In this document: one piece after another, positions 1 to 8,065 of the stretch
How the letters are laid out: every line of letters begins with the position of its first letter
Numbering within the stretch: the stretch's first letter is position 1
Assembly: GCF_000372865.1 (NCBI RefSeq)
Contig: NZ_KB889965.1
Span: 1,724,990-1,748,989 of the forward strand
DNA from: Methylosarcina fibrata AML-C10
GTDB taxonomy: Bacteria > Pseudomonadota > Gammaproteobacteria > Methylococcales > Methylomonadaceae
Length of the DNA: 24,000 nt
Direction of reading: 5' to 3'
Notes under the pieces: generated by a model
What the model saw: only the letters and a program-made list of their open reading frames with translations
What the model was told of the DNA's origin: nothing
Databases searched by the model: none
Translations under genes and position numbers: made by a program

Positions 1-620
1 TCATGTAATTCAATTCGATCTTCCGAATCTTCGTTGTCATCAACTTTGATCCGAAGATTTCCATCGATCGGTTTATGTTGAGTTTTTACAAACAGAATTT
101 CATACCGGGCTAATTTAAGCGCTTCTAGATGCTTCTTTTCTTTGCTCTCGGCTACAGGGACACCAATATCAAACAAATATCCACCAAGTCTATTCTTCTC
201 AATAATTTCGGCATCAAGGAGGATATCGGCCAATATCTCTTGCGTACTCGGAATAAATGGGCATTCAGCAGACTTTAATTGAACTTGCATATCGTTTGCT
301 GCCAATGGCCACACCAGAAACACCCCGTCCTGACCGTGCCAAATACGGCCATTCTCATCATTGGGTACCCAACGTTTTTTCTGAACCAAATGCCGCATGG
401 CATCGATCAACCAGGGTTCCAGATGCATGCCCGCCAATGGTTTGCCATAGCGATCCGCATAACTCCATTCGTCTCTCTCCATGATTTTGTATCTCACTGT
501 GTCAACGATGTTAGCCAGTGGGTTGCCATGGTCTTTTTGATCTTGTAATGCTGCGTAGAGCGTTTTGTAAATTGCCTTTTCACCAGTGGCAAAAATATCC
601 GTTTGTTCCTTCTGAATGGA
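1..620 (-). CDS. C-terminal portion of a MobH-type (TraI_2_C-like) relaxase homolog. It is partial, running off the left edge, and lies in the same frame as 621..1283 directly after that ORF's TAA.
   Basis: My own reverse-strand translation is open for all ~206 codons from 620 to 1 (SIQKEQTDIFATGEKAIYK...GRIWHGQDGVFLVWPLAANDMQVQL...RIKVDDNEDSEDRIELH). The W-x-G-x-x-G-x-FLVWP segment resembles the C-terminal domain of ICE TraI relaxases. The ORF track omits it because there is no stop inside the window. The first in-frame ATG is at 482, with a GTG at 497. Confidence 0.6.
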
Positions 621-1283
621 TTATCCTGCCATGATATAAACCGTTGACCGATCTTCCTTATCGCTCCATCGAATGTGATAGCGTTTCAATTCATTTCTTT
701 GAAGCCATTCATAAAGTGATTCAGCACCTGGTCGCCATTCAATACCCTTATCCTCGGCATACACCGATATTTTGGATATGGCGGTAATTGCCTCGCTAAA
801 TAAGCCTGCCAGGAACGCAGCGTGAGTCCAAAGCGATTCTTCTTCTTTTCTTATTTCAGGCGTTGCTCGTGTCAATATTCTTCGTTCTGCGTACCTGATT
901 GAAAACAGAGAGACTTCCAGGCAGAAAGAAAATAATCCTCCCAACAACTTGAAATGATTTTTCTCGGAAGCAGGCAGCAAGTGCGTCATTTCAGCAAGAT
1001 GCCTTATCGGGGACATGATCTTTTTTTCTACTTCATCCTTGTTATGTGCTCCAGCCAATCCTCTTGCCAAAATGATTTGCTTGATCATTTCCTTATTTTT
1101 TTCGATCAGCAAATCAGTGGGAATAACGGGTATACCAGTCGGGAAGCCTGGCAATCTCTGTGAATATTCCTCAAAGACATCCAGACTAATTGACTGGGCA
1201 TTTACAACATCTGATTTCTCAAGATTTAACTTGCTACGTGCAGGCTTTTTTTTCTTAAAAATCGCAGCAATTTTTCTGATCAT
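621..1283 (-). CDS. N-terminal portion of a MobH/TraI_2-like relaxase homolog with a degenerate His motif.
   Basis: 220-aa ORF. IRHLAEMTHLLPASEKNHFKLLGGLFSFCLEV matches the LPAS-x-x-HH-x-x-x-GGL-x-H-x-LEV signature of MobH relaxases, but the histidines are replaced by N-H-F and F-C. Its start lies 3 nt after the stop of the upstream gene. Confidence 0.6.
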   Translation of the reverse strand: MIRKIAAIFKKKKPARSKLNLEKSDVVNAQSISLDVFEEYSQRLPGFPTGIPVIPTDLLIEKNKEMIKQIILARGLAGAHNKDEVEKKIMSPIRHLAEMTHLLPASEKNHFKLLGGLFSFCLEVSLFSIRYAERRILTRATPEIRKEEESLWTHAAFLAGLFSEAITAISKISVYAEDKGIEWRPGAESLYEWLQRNELKRYHIRWSDKEDRSTVYIMAG

Positions 1284-1286
1284 TAT

Positions 1287-1988
1287 TTATCCATGAAACT
1301 TGATGTAATGGTCGATGAGATTCTGAATATTCCGACGCATCGATATGGGATCGATGGTGTTTCTGAACTCTATGTCTACCGTTCCATTCGTGCCGGCCGA
1401 ATCCAAATGAATGGTGCCAATTCCCATCAATCTGTCTAATACGCCTTGTTGAACACCAATTGTTTTTATATCGCCAAATCGTATTTGTACTTGGGACTGA
1501 GCAATAATCCCCTTTTTGAGGATGATGCCATCATCGTCAATGTAAAGTTTTTCGGCAAAGTAGCTGTAAATAAACCTCATTCCATAAAGGAAGAGGAATA
1601 CACCGCTCAATCCTAGTAGATCGCCAATTCCTTTTAAATTAAGCCATTCGGGAATCGTTTCGATGCCAAAGCAATAAAATACCCAACCCATAACCCTGTA
1701 TGGGTTCATGATTAGCAAGCCTCCTAGAATTATTTCCAAATAATTTGTTACAAATCCTCGCCAAGCTTGACGGAACTCGCAGGATTTGAACTCGTTTTCT
1801 GTTTCGCCTTTTTTATTTGATTTTTTGATGCTTGATTGAATCCGATTTGCCGTAAAGCCCAAATGGTTATCGGGCATTACGGTGTATTCGTCGCCCGTTT
1901 CCCGTAACAACAATTCGCACATGTCCATCGCATCGTCGAAGCTTGCAAACGAATTCATCCTTAAATTCATCAGTTTGTTTTTTGACAT
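1287..1988 (-). CDS. Membrane protein with two TM helices and a C-terminal bacterial PH (bPH_2, YdbS/YdbT-like) domain.
   Basis: There are two hydrophobic segments (YLEIILGGLLIMNPYRVMGWVFYCF and IGDLLGLSGVFLFLYGMRFIY). They are followed by KLYIDDDGIILKKGIIAQSQVQIRFGDIKTIGVQQGVLDRLMGIGTIHLDSAG, which is typical of bPH_2. I prefer the ATG at 1988 (MSKNK...) because AGGAGA sits 7 nt upstream; the track's longest ORF starts at 2018. Confidence 0.7.
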   Translation of the reverse strand: MSKNKLMNLRMNSFASFDDAMDMCELLLRETGDEYTVMPDNHLGFTANRIQSSIKKSNKKGETENEFKSCEFRQAWRGFVTNYLEIILGGLLIMNPYRVMGWVFYCFGIETIPEWLNLKGIGDLLGLSGVFLFLYGMRFIYSYFAEKLYIDDDGIILKKGIIAQSQVQIRFGDIKTIGVQQGVLDRLMGIGTIHLDSAGTNGTVDIEFRNTIDPISMRRNIQNLIDHYIKFHG

Positions 1989-2043
1989 GACTGGTTCTCC
2001 TGAGTGCTTGGTTCTCATTTAATTAAGCTGCATTCAATTTGGT

Positions 2044-3384
2044 TTAGTTATGAACTCGTGAATTCGGAACTCTGACCATCGTAAATCGCGATCGCGTCTC
2101 GCCCTTGTTGCTCATTTGTGCACCGATGACTTGAAATGGCTTGATGTATTGCATGTATTTTGATTCCACCTTCATTTTTCTTACTAAGTTGTCCCAATAC
2201 ATTTGATCGACACCCAAGACGATCTTTGTGGCAACGTTTGAAAAAAAGTCTTCAGAAAAATGTGTAGGCGATTGGCTCGCGCAAATAAGGCCAAGGCCAA
2301 ACTTCCGACCTTCTTTAGCAATGGTGTTCAGGATGTTGTTTTCATCCTCGCGGAAGAATAAATGGGCCTCATCTATGATCATGATGTCCCGCAACATACC
2401 TTCATCCTCCCTTCGAACCGGGCCTCTTTCGAGTGCAGATGAAAAAATTTCTTGGAGCCTGAACTCAACAAACATTCGCTTTTCATCTTCACGAAGTGCT
2501 GTGATGTCGTAGTGCCAAACTGGATTTGATGGATCGAATGGTGGTTGCTGATTCTTGAATATCCCGCTTGCTTTGAGATTTTCGAATCGCTCAACAACCG
2601 ATTTCAAAACTTCTTTTGATTCATATTTGATGAAGTCTTCCAGTTCCTTGCCGGTTTCCAGGTTCTCTATGTAAGCTTTATAAGACTTGATCGCTTTTTG
2701 ACGCAGATCCATCGCTTTCTCTAGCAAATCGCCATCAGGCTTTGCGCCAGGCGCTGAAAGCTGCTTGTTTATTTTGTAGAGCTTCGTTGTGATTTTGTTT
2801 AGTTCTTCCAGAGCTCTTCCAGCTTGTGTGTCACTTCCAATAATGAGCTGTTTGAGTTTGACGAATGCGTAACGGCAAGCGTCATCCATGGTTGGGTAAC
2901 GTTTTGGGTATTTACGATCAATTCCATCATGCAAAACCCAGGATTTGTAATTGTCAGCATAGAACCCGTTGGCTGCATAGAGATCGGTAATTAAATGCCT
3001 CATGACAGCTTCTTGCCTTGAACCGATGGGACGGCATCCATTAATTGTTGCAATAAAGTCTTGTACACGCTTTCTCACGCCACCGAAATGACGATCCTGA
3101 CTTACTACAAATGGATTTAGCCCGTATTCTGTGGATTCCGAGAACCTGACGGACGATGTTCCGCTTAGATCGATATCGCCATGCACGTCCATGATATGAA
3201 TTCGTGGAGCGGGTGAAAAGTGATGCATTTGTTGAATCACTCTTCGCAAAAACGTGGTTTTTCCCATGCCTGTTTTTCCCATAACCAGCATATGGGCATT
3301 CACCAGGCAATCGAAATCGCAAAACACCGGGGAGGCTTGATTTTTTGACAAGAGATAATCATCTTGTCCGAGCTCTATCTTCAT
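2044..3384 (-). CDS. Soluble HerA/FtsK-superfamily P-loop ATPase (DUF87/AAA_10-like).
   Basis: Walker A is VMGKTGMGKTTFL and Walker B is MIIDEAHLFF. The EGRKFGLGLICASQSP segment is typical of HerA/VirB4-like ATPases. No TM segment is present, and there is a long coiled-coil insert (residues ~190-270). Confidence 0.8.
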   Translation of the reverse strand: MKIELGQDDYLLSKNQASPVFCDFDCLVNAHMLVMGKTGMGKTTFLRRVIQQMHHFSPAPRIHIMDVHGDIDLSGTSSVRFSESTEYGLNPFVVSQDRHFGGVRKRVQDFIATINGCRPIGSRQEAVMRHLITDLYAANGFYADNYKSWVLHDGIDRKYPKRYPTMDDACRYAFVKLKQLIIGSDTQAGRALEELNKITTKLYKINKQLSAPGAKPDGDLLEKAMDLRQKAIKSYKAYIENLETGKELEDFIKYESKEVLKSVVERFENLKASGIFKNQQPPFDPSNPVWHYDITALREDEKRMFVEFRLQEIFSSALERGPVRREDEGMLRDIMIIDEAHLFFREDENNILNTIAKEGRKFGLGLICASQSPTHFSEDFFSNVATKIVLGVDQMYWDNLVRKMKVESKYMQYIKPFQVIGAQMSNKGETRSRFTMVRVPNSRVHN

Positions 3385-3389
3385 TTGGT

Positions 3390-3410
3390 CAACATCAAGT
3401 AATGATGTTG
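3390..3410. promoter_or_regulatory. 8-bp perfect inverted repeat CAACATCA-agtaa-TGATGTTG, ending 5 nt upstream of the ATPase start codon.
   Basis: Read directly from the sequence. It occupies the position where an SD would be expected, and no SD is visible. Confidence 0.3.
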
Positions 3411-3469
3411 CTATTCTAAAAACGCGTTTGTGCTTACATCGGGGTGAAAGGCGCGATTTTTCAGTCTCT

Positions 3470-4546
3470 TTAGCTTGAGCCGATAATGCCTAACCCGCAA
3501 TCAAGCACCTTGCCTGCCTCAACGTCTCTAAAATGTTTGTAGTCGTAAAATCGTTTATTTACGTCCTCATTAATGAGTAATCGAGTGCAATCACTGAGAT
3601 TTGCCTGACCAGTTAACTCGGTCATCCTTTGCTTGAATTCATTTAGGCGATCTTCTCTGTATGCGTTTGCAACATAGGGATGAAGCGGGTTTAGATAAAA
3701 CCTTGCATCCACTTTTTCTTGCTTGAGCCATAGAACTAGATCCTTGAATTCACTAAAGCGGTTTTCGATCCAGGGCGTTGCCATTGAAGGTTTGGGATTG
3801 ATCGGAAATTGTTTGCGAATGAAAGCTTCGTGATCTTTTTTGATTTCGCGGTCGTAACGGTCGAGGTAATATCGTCCCGTTCCCTCTATGTCATACCTTA
3901 CCGAGGGTTCTCCGCGTAAAACGGTGACAAGCCGGCTAAATCCGTCAGACAGACTCGATGCGAATAAATAATTAAACAACACCTTTTGCTTACTGCTTTC
4001 ATCGGCTATCGGGTGTAACTGGTAAGCCGGGCCATATGACTTGATGTCCGTAAAAGCAATTGGCTCCAAACCATATACGATGTTGCTGATTGCCACGCCT
4101 TCGTGCTTCAAACCTTTCAGCGTTGCCAAGATTTCATCGGGCTTTGCGGCCAGAAATGCAAGATTGTAAAAGCGTGTCCCAGGCAAACGCGCTTCTAATA
4201 AAGATGGCTCAATCATGCCCATGATTGACGATCCCACAATGAATGCGTTCGGTAATTCATGTTTTGATTTTTGGTGCTCGTCTGGCGATTCGTTAATTGC
4301 CGAAACAATATTTCCAGATGCCAGAGGCGATCTTTCTCTTGCATCCCTTACAAGATGTTCGACCTTCAAGTATCGTTCGTTTGTAGTCGACGATGTGTAT
4401 CGAGCACCAATCGAGTGCTTGTCACTGAATATCTGGTACGGGTTAACCACCACATTCCAGGTGGGTAACGCCCAGGCAACAGCTCCGGTACAAAGCAAGC
4501 TGGCTTTCCAAAATGAATCAAAACTGCCAATAGATAAAGCTTTCAT
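3470..4546 (-). CDS. Signal-anchored periplasmic protein, a possible SGNH-like acyl-transfer partner of the adjacent MBOAT (AlgJ/AlgX/PatB-type role).
   Basis: 358-aa ORF with an N-terminal hydrophobic anchor (ASLLCTGAVAWAL). It overlaps the end of the MBOAT gene by 29 nt. IVGSSIMGM could be a block-I Ser motif and YDYKHF a D-x-x-H block V. The functional call is inference. Confidence 0.5.
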   Translation of the reverse strand: MKALSIGSFDSFWKASLLCTGAVAWALPTWNVVVNPYQIFSDKHSIGARYTSSTTNERYLKVEHLVRDARERSPLASGNIVSAINESPDEHQKSKHELPNAFIVGSSIMGMIEPSLLEARLPGTRFYNLAFLAAKPDEILATLKGLKHEGVAISNIVYGLEPIAFTDIKSYGPAYQLHPIADESSKQKVLFNYLFASSLSDGFSRLVTVLRGEPSVRYDIEGTGRYYLDRYDREIKKDHEAFIRKQFPINPKPSMATPWIENRFSEFKDLVLWLKQEKVDARFYLNPLHPYVANAYREDRLNEFKQRMTELTGQANLSDCTRLLINEDVNKRFYDYKHFRDVEAGKVLDCGLGIIGSS

Positions 4547-5924
4547 GTGATCCTGACATCCAAATACTGGTTAAAAATAAAGCGGATAGATAGCCAACAT
4601 TTCTTAGTGAAGGCCGCAGTGATTGAACTTCTTTTTGCGCGTTCACATACGCAATGCAAACCGAAAGTAGAATTCCGATTTGAATGAATTCCATACCAGA
4701 AATAAGACTGGTTTGTGCGCAGCTATTACAAAGGCCAGACAGCATGCTTGGGACAGCAACACCGCTGATGCCAACCATCCCTTTCCAGATTGAAATAGCA
4801 TGACCAACCGATTCGGCTCGAAACACAACCCAGGCCACTGTCACCGACAGAAACGTTAATCCGATTGCCGCCGTTTCCGGAAGCGCATATCGGGTTCGTT
4901 CCCAAACTCTGTGCATACCAATGAACAAACCATGCAAGAGTCCCCACAAAACAAACGTCCATGCGGCGCCGTGCCAGAAACCACCAATGATCATTGTCAA
5001 CCCCGCTGCCATGACTCCTTTAACAAATCCATTCCTATTTCCGCCAAGCGGGATATACACGTAGTCACGTAGAAATCTTGATAATGTCATGTGCCACCGC
5101 TTCCAGAAGTCGGCAATGCTTTTCGCCTGGTAAGGAGAATTGAAATTTTGAGGCAGGATGATTCCGAACATTAAGCCTATCCCTATGGCCATATCGGAGT
5201 ATCCGGAGAAATCGAAGTAAATTTGCAATCCATATCCCAAAGATGCCGTCCACGACTCAAAGAACTGTAATGACGTGTCAGTTGCAAATAACGGGTCTAC
5301 TTTTTCGGCGATCCTGTCGGCAATGACGCTTTTTTTGAACAGCCCAATTACAAACAAAAACAAGCCTTGGGAAAACAGCCGTGCATCAAATGCAATCCGC
5401 TCTTTGAGTTGCGGCATGACATCCGAGTAATGAAGGATTGGCCCGGCAATAAGGTGAGGGTAAAAAGAGATGGAGAAGGCAAATCGTCTCAGGTTGAAGT
5501 CTTCTACATAGCCTTTGTAACAGTCGACTAAGTAAGCGATAACCTGAAATGTGAAAAATGAAATCCCTAGCGGCAAGACCAACTTCAACGGTTCGGCGCC
5601 AGATCCAGTCAAGTCATTCCAATTTTCAATGAAGAAGTCTGCGTATTTGAAGTATCCCAGCAAACCAATGTTATAGATCAAGCCGATGGTCAATAAGGGC
5701 TTCGATTTTGTTCTGGAAATTTGCATTCCAAGAAAAAAATTGCCAATGGCATTGCCAATCAATAACGGGACGTACCGCGTATCCCACCATCCGTAGAAAT
5801 ACACGGAACAAATAATGACCAGTAATTGCGCGTCATTTTCACGCTCCAATTTTTGGAGCGTCCACCATGTTGCTATTGATAAGGGAAGGAAGAAATAGAT
5901 GAATTCTGGCGAATTGAATAGCAT
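4518..5924 (-). CDS. MBOAT-family membrane-bound O-acyltransferase (AlgI/DltB/PatA-like).
   Basis: 468-aa polytopic protein with the characteristic N-terminus MLFNSPEFIYFFLP. The conserved segments FWKRWHMTLSRFLRDYVYIPLGGNR and GFWHGAAW include the MBOAT catalytic His region. CAGGAG RBS. Confidence 0.9.
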   Translation of the reverse strand: MLFNSPEFIYFFLPLSIATWWTLQKLERENDAQLLVIICSVYFYGWWDTRYVPLLIGNAIGNFFLGMQISRTKSKPLLTIGLIYNIGLLGYFKYADFFIENWNDLTGSGAEPLKLVLPLGISFFTFQVIAYLVDCYKGYVEDFNLRRFAFSISFYPHLIAGPILHYSDVMPQLKERIAFDARLFSQGLFLFVIGLFKKSVIADRIAEKVDPLFATDTSLQFFESWTASLGYGLQIYFDFSGYSDMAIGIGLMFGIILPQNFNSPYQAKSIADFWKRWHMTLSRFLRDYVYIPLGGNRNGFVKGVMAAGLTMIIGGFWHGAAWTFVLWGLLHGLFIGMHRVWERTRYALPETAAIGLTFLSVTVAWVVFRAESVGHAISIWKGMVGISGVAVPSMLSGLCNSCAQTSLISGMEFIQIGILLSVCIAYVNAQKEVQSLRPSLRNVGYLSALFLTSIWMSGSHESFIYWQF

Positions 5925-6020
5925 GTTTGCTCCTGATTACCGGTACAAACATGCTATCCACTACACAAAAACTTATCCGTGTAAAAGGACGCTTAAAAAC
6001 GCCTCTTTTGGTTGATCGAC

Positions 6021-6037
6021 TGTCCTATTTTGGGACA
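6021..6037. promoter_or_regulatory. Copy 1 of the 17-bp palindromic motif TGTCCTATTTTGGGACA, about 97 bp upstream of the MBOAT start.
   Basis: Matches three other copies at 9808, 10745 and 10845. The arms are TGTC / GACA separated by 9 nt. Confidence 0.55.
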
Positions 6038-6047
6038 GCCTAGAGTT

Positions 6048-6668
6048 TCACAATCTATCTGGTCGGCGAGCGCGTAAAAACCTTTCTTTTTGGGTTCTTT
6101 CTTTGATCAAAATAACGCTGATCGCGCTCAACGAGCGATGCAATTTTTTATTATCCAAATTTTCTTGCATCAAGCCGCTAACAGCTTCAAGACCCATTTC
6201 AAGCTCTCTATAACTCATTAAATACGGGCTCACTGGCAACAATCTGGGTTCATAAATCCTTTGAACCGATTTGTCTTCCAGGCGGGCCTGTTGTTCATTC
6301 AAACGATTTGCTCTCTCTACTTCTTGCTCAGGACTCAAGTATTTCGGATAGTAGGTTTCTCGAATGCGTTCAGTAACCAAATACCATGCACCCTCGTCGA
6401 AGTACTCTTGTTTATCCGGATAGGTAACTTTTCTGTTCTTTCTAAATCTTTTGTTGACTATCTTTTGATGGTTTTCATCGAACGCCTGCAATTGCTCGCA
6501 TTCATTCCGCAATAGCTCATGGCTCTTATCCTTATTGAAACCCGAGCTGTTCCCTCTCTTATCGACACACTCTTCGATAGACAAATATTCCAGGAGATCA
6601 CGATCCCGGTTAATGTTGGTGCATGCCGAAATCAGTATTGCCTGTATAAGTACCAAAGCCAGTTTCAT
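6048..6668 (-). CDS. Lipoprotein of unknown function.
   Basis: MKLALVLIQAILISAC has a lipobox (I-S-A-C). I prefer the internal ATG at 6668, which lies 1 nt after the TAA of the upstream lipoprotein gene. Confidence 0.65.
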   Translation of the reverse strand: MKLALVLIQAILISACTNINRDRDLLEYLSIEECVDKRGNSSGFNKDKSHELLRNECEQLQAFDENHQKIVNKRFRKNRKVTYPDKQEYFDEGAWYLVTERIRETYYPKYLSPEQEVERANRLNEQQARLEDKSVQRIYEPRLLPVSPYLMSYRELEMGLEAVSGLMQENLDNKKLHRSLSAISVILIKERTQKERFLRARRPDRL

Positions 6669-6669
6669 T

Positions 6670-7254
6670 TTACCCTTGGCGTTGCTTAAGCTCGCGGCCA
6701 AACACAGATTCTAGCTCTCGGTACCGCCATGGACTGCAAAGTGTTTTATGCCCAATCGTCGATTTAGTAGCCATCAACTCGTATAGCTCTGTCAGATTCG
6801 TGCTGGAAATCTCGTTTAATCGGTTTGGAAAAAGATTCAGTTTGTCGTTACGAGCCTTAATGGATTTTTGTGCATCAATATCGGCCTCTAGTCTCGGTTG
6901 ATACTTATTGCTCAGATCTTTTGGAAGCCTCATTTCTGGAAAATTCTCATCAATGTAAAGTCCTTTTACAAATTCCCAGCAAAGTGAATTTTTTTCTAAT
7001 GGGTCTTTCGAGGCATGTTTTCCTTGCCCGGAATTCCCATCAAGGTTTGATTCAGAAAATTTTTGAACCATCACTATCCGATGGCATTCGTGATGGGCTT
7101 GCAAATATCCCTGCTCTCCACTGATTTTAGTTTCTGTCATACGCTTCATTGCGCATGCATCCAGCTCTGCATTTTTTTCCAGCGCGAATCGTTGGGCTTG
7201 AGTACACCCAGTCAACCAGCCCGCCATCATCATTAAAACAACCAATCTAACCAT
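6670..7254 (-). CDS. Lipoprotein of unknown function.
   Basis: MVRLVVLMMMAGWLTGC has a lipobox (L-T-G-C). I prefer the ATG at 7254, preceded by GAGAAAGG, over the track start at 7335, whose N-terminal extension is Cys/Trp/Arg-rich and unlikely. Confidence 0.65.
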   Translation of the reverse strand: MVRLVVLMMMAGWLTGCTQAQRFALEKNAELDACAMKRMTETKISGEQGYLQAHHECHRIVMVQKFSESNLDGNSGQGKHASKDPLEKNSLCWEFVKGLYIDENFPEMRLPKDLSNKYQPRLEADIDAQKSIKARNDKLNLFPNRLNEISSTNLTELYELMATKSTIGHKTLCSPWRYRELESVFGRELKQRQG

Positions 7255-7454
7255 AACCTTTCTCTCGACCCCCCACGGGCGTTTAACTATCGAATTTACC
7301 CTGATCCAGCATCTCACACCCTTAAAACAATGCAAGGGTGCATCGATGTCATCTTTCTAATCCTGGGGGGCGGTGGTAAACCCGTGAATTAACCTGAAAT
7401 AATGAAAAATTTATTTAGTAATTCACTAAAAAAATTCATTTATTTACATGATTA

Positions 7455-7480
7455 GTGATGATTACCTTAATTATCATCAC
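7455..7480. promoter_or_regulatory. Inverted repeat GTGATGAT-N10-ATCATCAC in a 22% GC tract upstream of the lipoprotein/MBOAT gene string.
   Basis: Read directly. The arms extend to 10 bp with one mismatch. Flanking AAAAATT-N-ATTTATTTA direct repeats suggest a curved or UP-element-like promoter region. Confidence 0.3.
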
Positions 7481-7857
7481 TTTGCATGAAATCCAGGCAA
7501 TACAATTTCAACGAGGTATTTTGCAGGCTATCAGATGCGCCGTATCTCGCTAAGAGCCTAATCTAAAAGGATTATTACGCCTCTACAGATAGACTTTGAG
7601 AACGATGCGCAAGCAAACGTCGGCGGAGAAATTCCCGGAAAGCCCGATGGCTGGACGGTTTTCCGATCAAGGAAGCTGCGGAACGTCACGAGCATTTGTT
7701 GAGTTATCTGAGCGCGAGAAACGCCAACTTCTAGGCGTAGACGGAAAGGGTTACCGGAAGCAATCTTCTTGACGACGGAGGAGTGATCGGTGGCCAAGGA
7801 TGGCCGGAGAACTTTGCCTCCGGAAACCGGTTAATTGCCGCCGAATCTTGAATAGGG

Positions 7858-7900
7858 CACCTGTACCAGGCAGGCTCCCAACACCTGTACCAGGCAGGCT
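7858..7900. repeat. Perfect 19-bp tandem direct repeat CACCTGTACCAGGCAGGCT x2, with a 24-bp period.
   Basis: The copies are at 7858-7876 and 7882-7900, separated by CCCAA. They lie at the right edge of the GC-rich island. Confidence 0.9.
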
Positions 7901-8065
7901 TGTGTTCTTGCTACGTTTTGGATAATCTTATTGATAAGGTGATCTGACCGAACCTGCCGCCGGGTTAAACAGATATTGCGAATTCAAGCAATCCATACAC
8001 TCGACCTCAATCATGGTTGATGCGTAATCGGCGGACATCGACCGAAATTTGATTGGAGGTTTTTC

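Noticed and set aside
257-548. Plus-strand ORFs of 75 and 89 aa.
   Set aside because: They lie antisense to a 206-codon open frame with clear relaxase C-terminal similarity. Their own translations are His/Pro/Cys-rich and have no recognisable family.
2088-2095. GCGATCGC (the cyanobacterial HIP1 palindrome), also present at 15708-15715.
   Set aside because: There are only two copies in 24 kb, one of them inside a coding region. That is far below HIP1 density, so it is not evidence for a cyanobacterial origin or a repeat family.
7558-7797. A 79-aa minus-strand ORF inside the GC-rich island.
   Set aside because: It has a TTG start, no SD and no recognisable motif. Open frames are expected by chance in 60% GC DNA. 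The region is treated as non-coding or a gene remnant instead.
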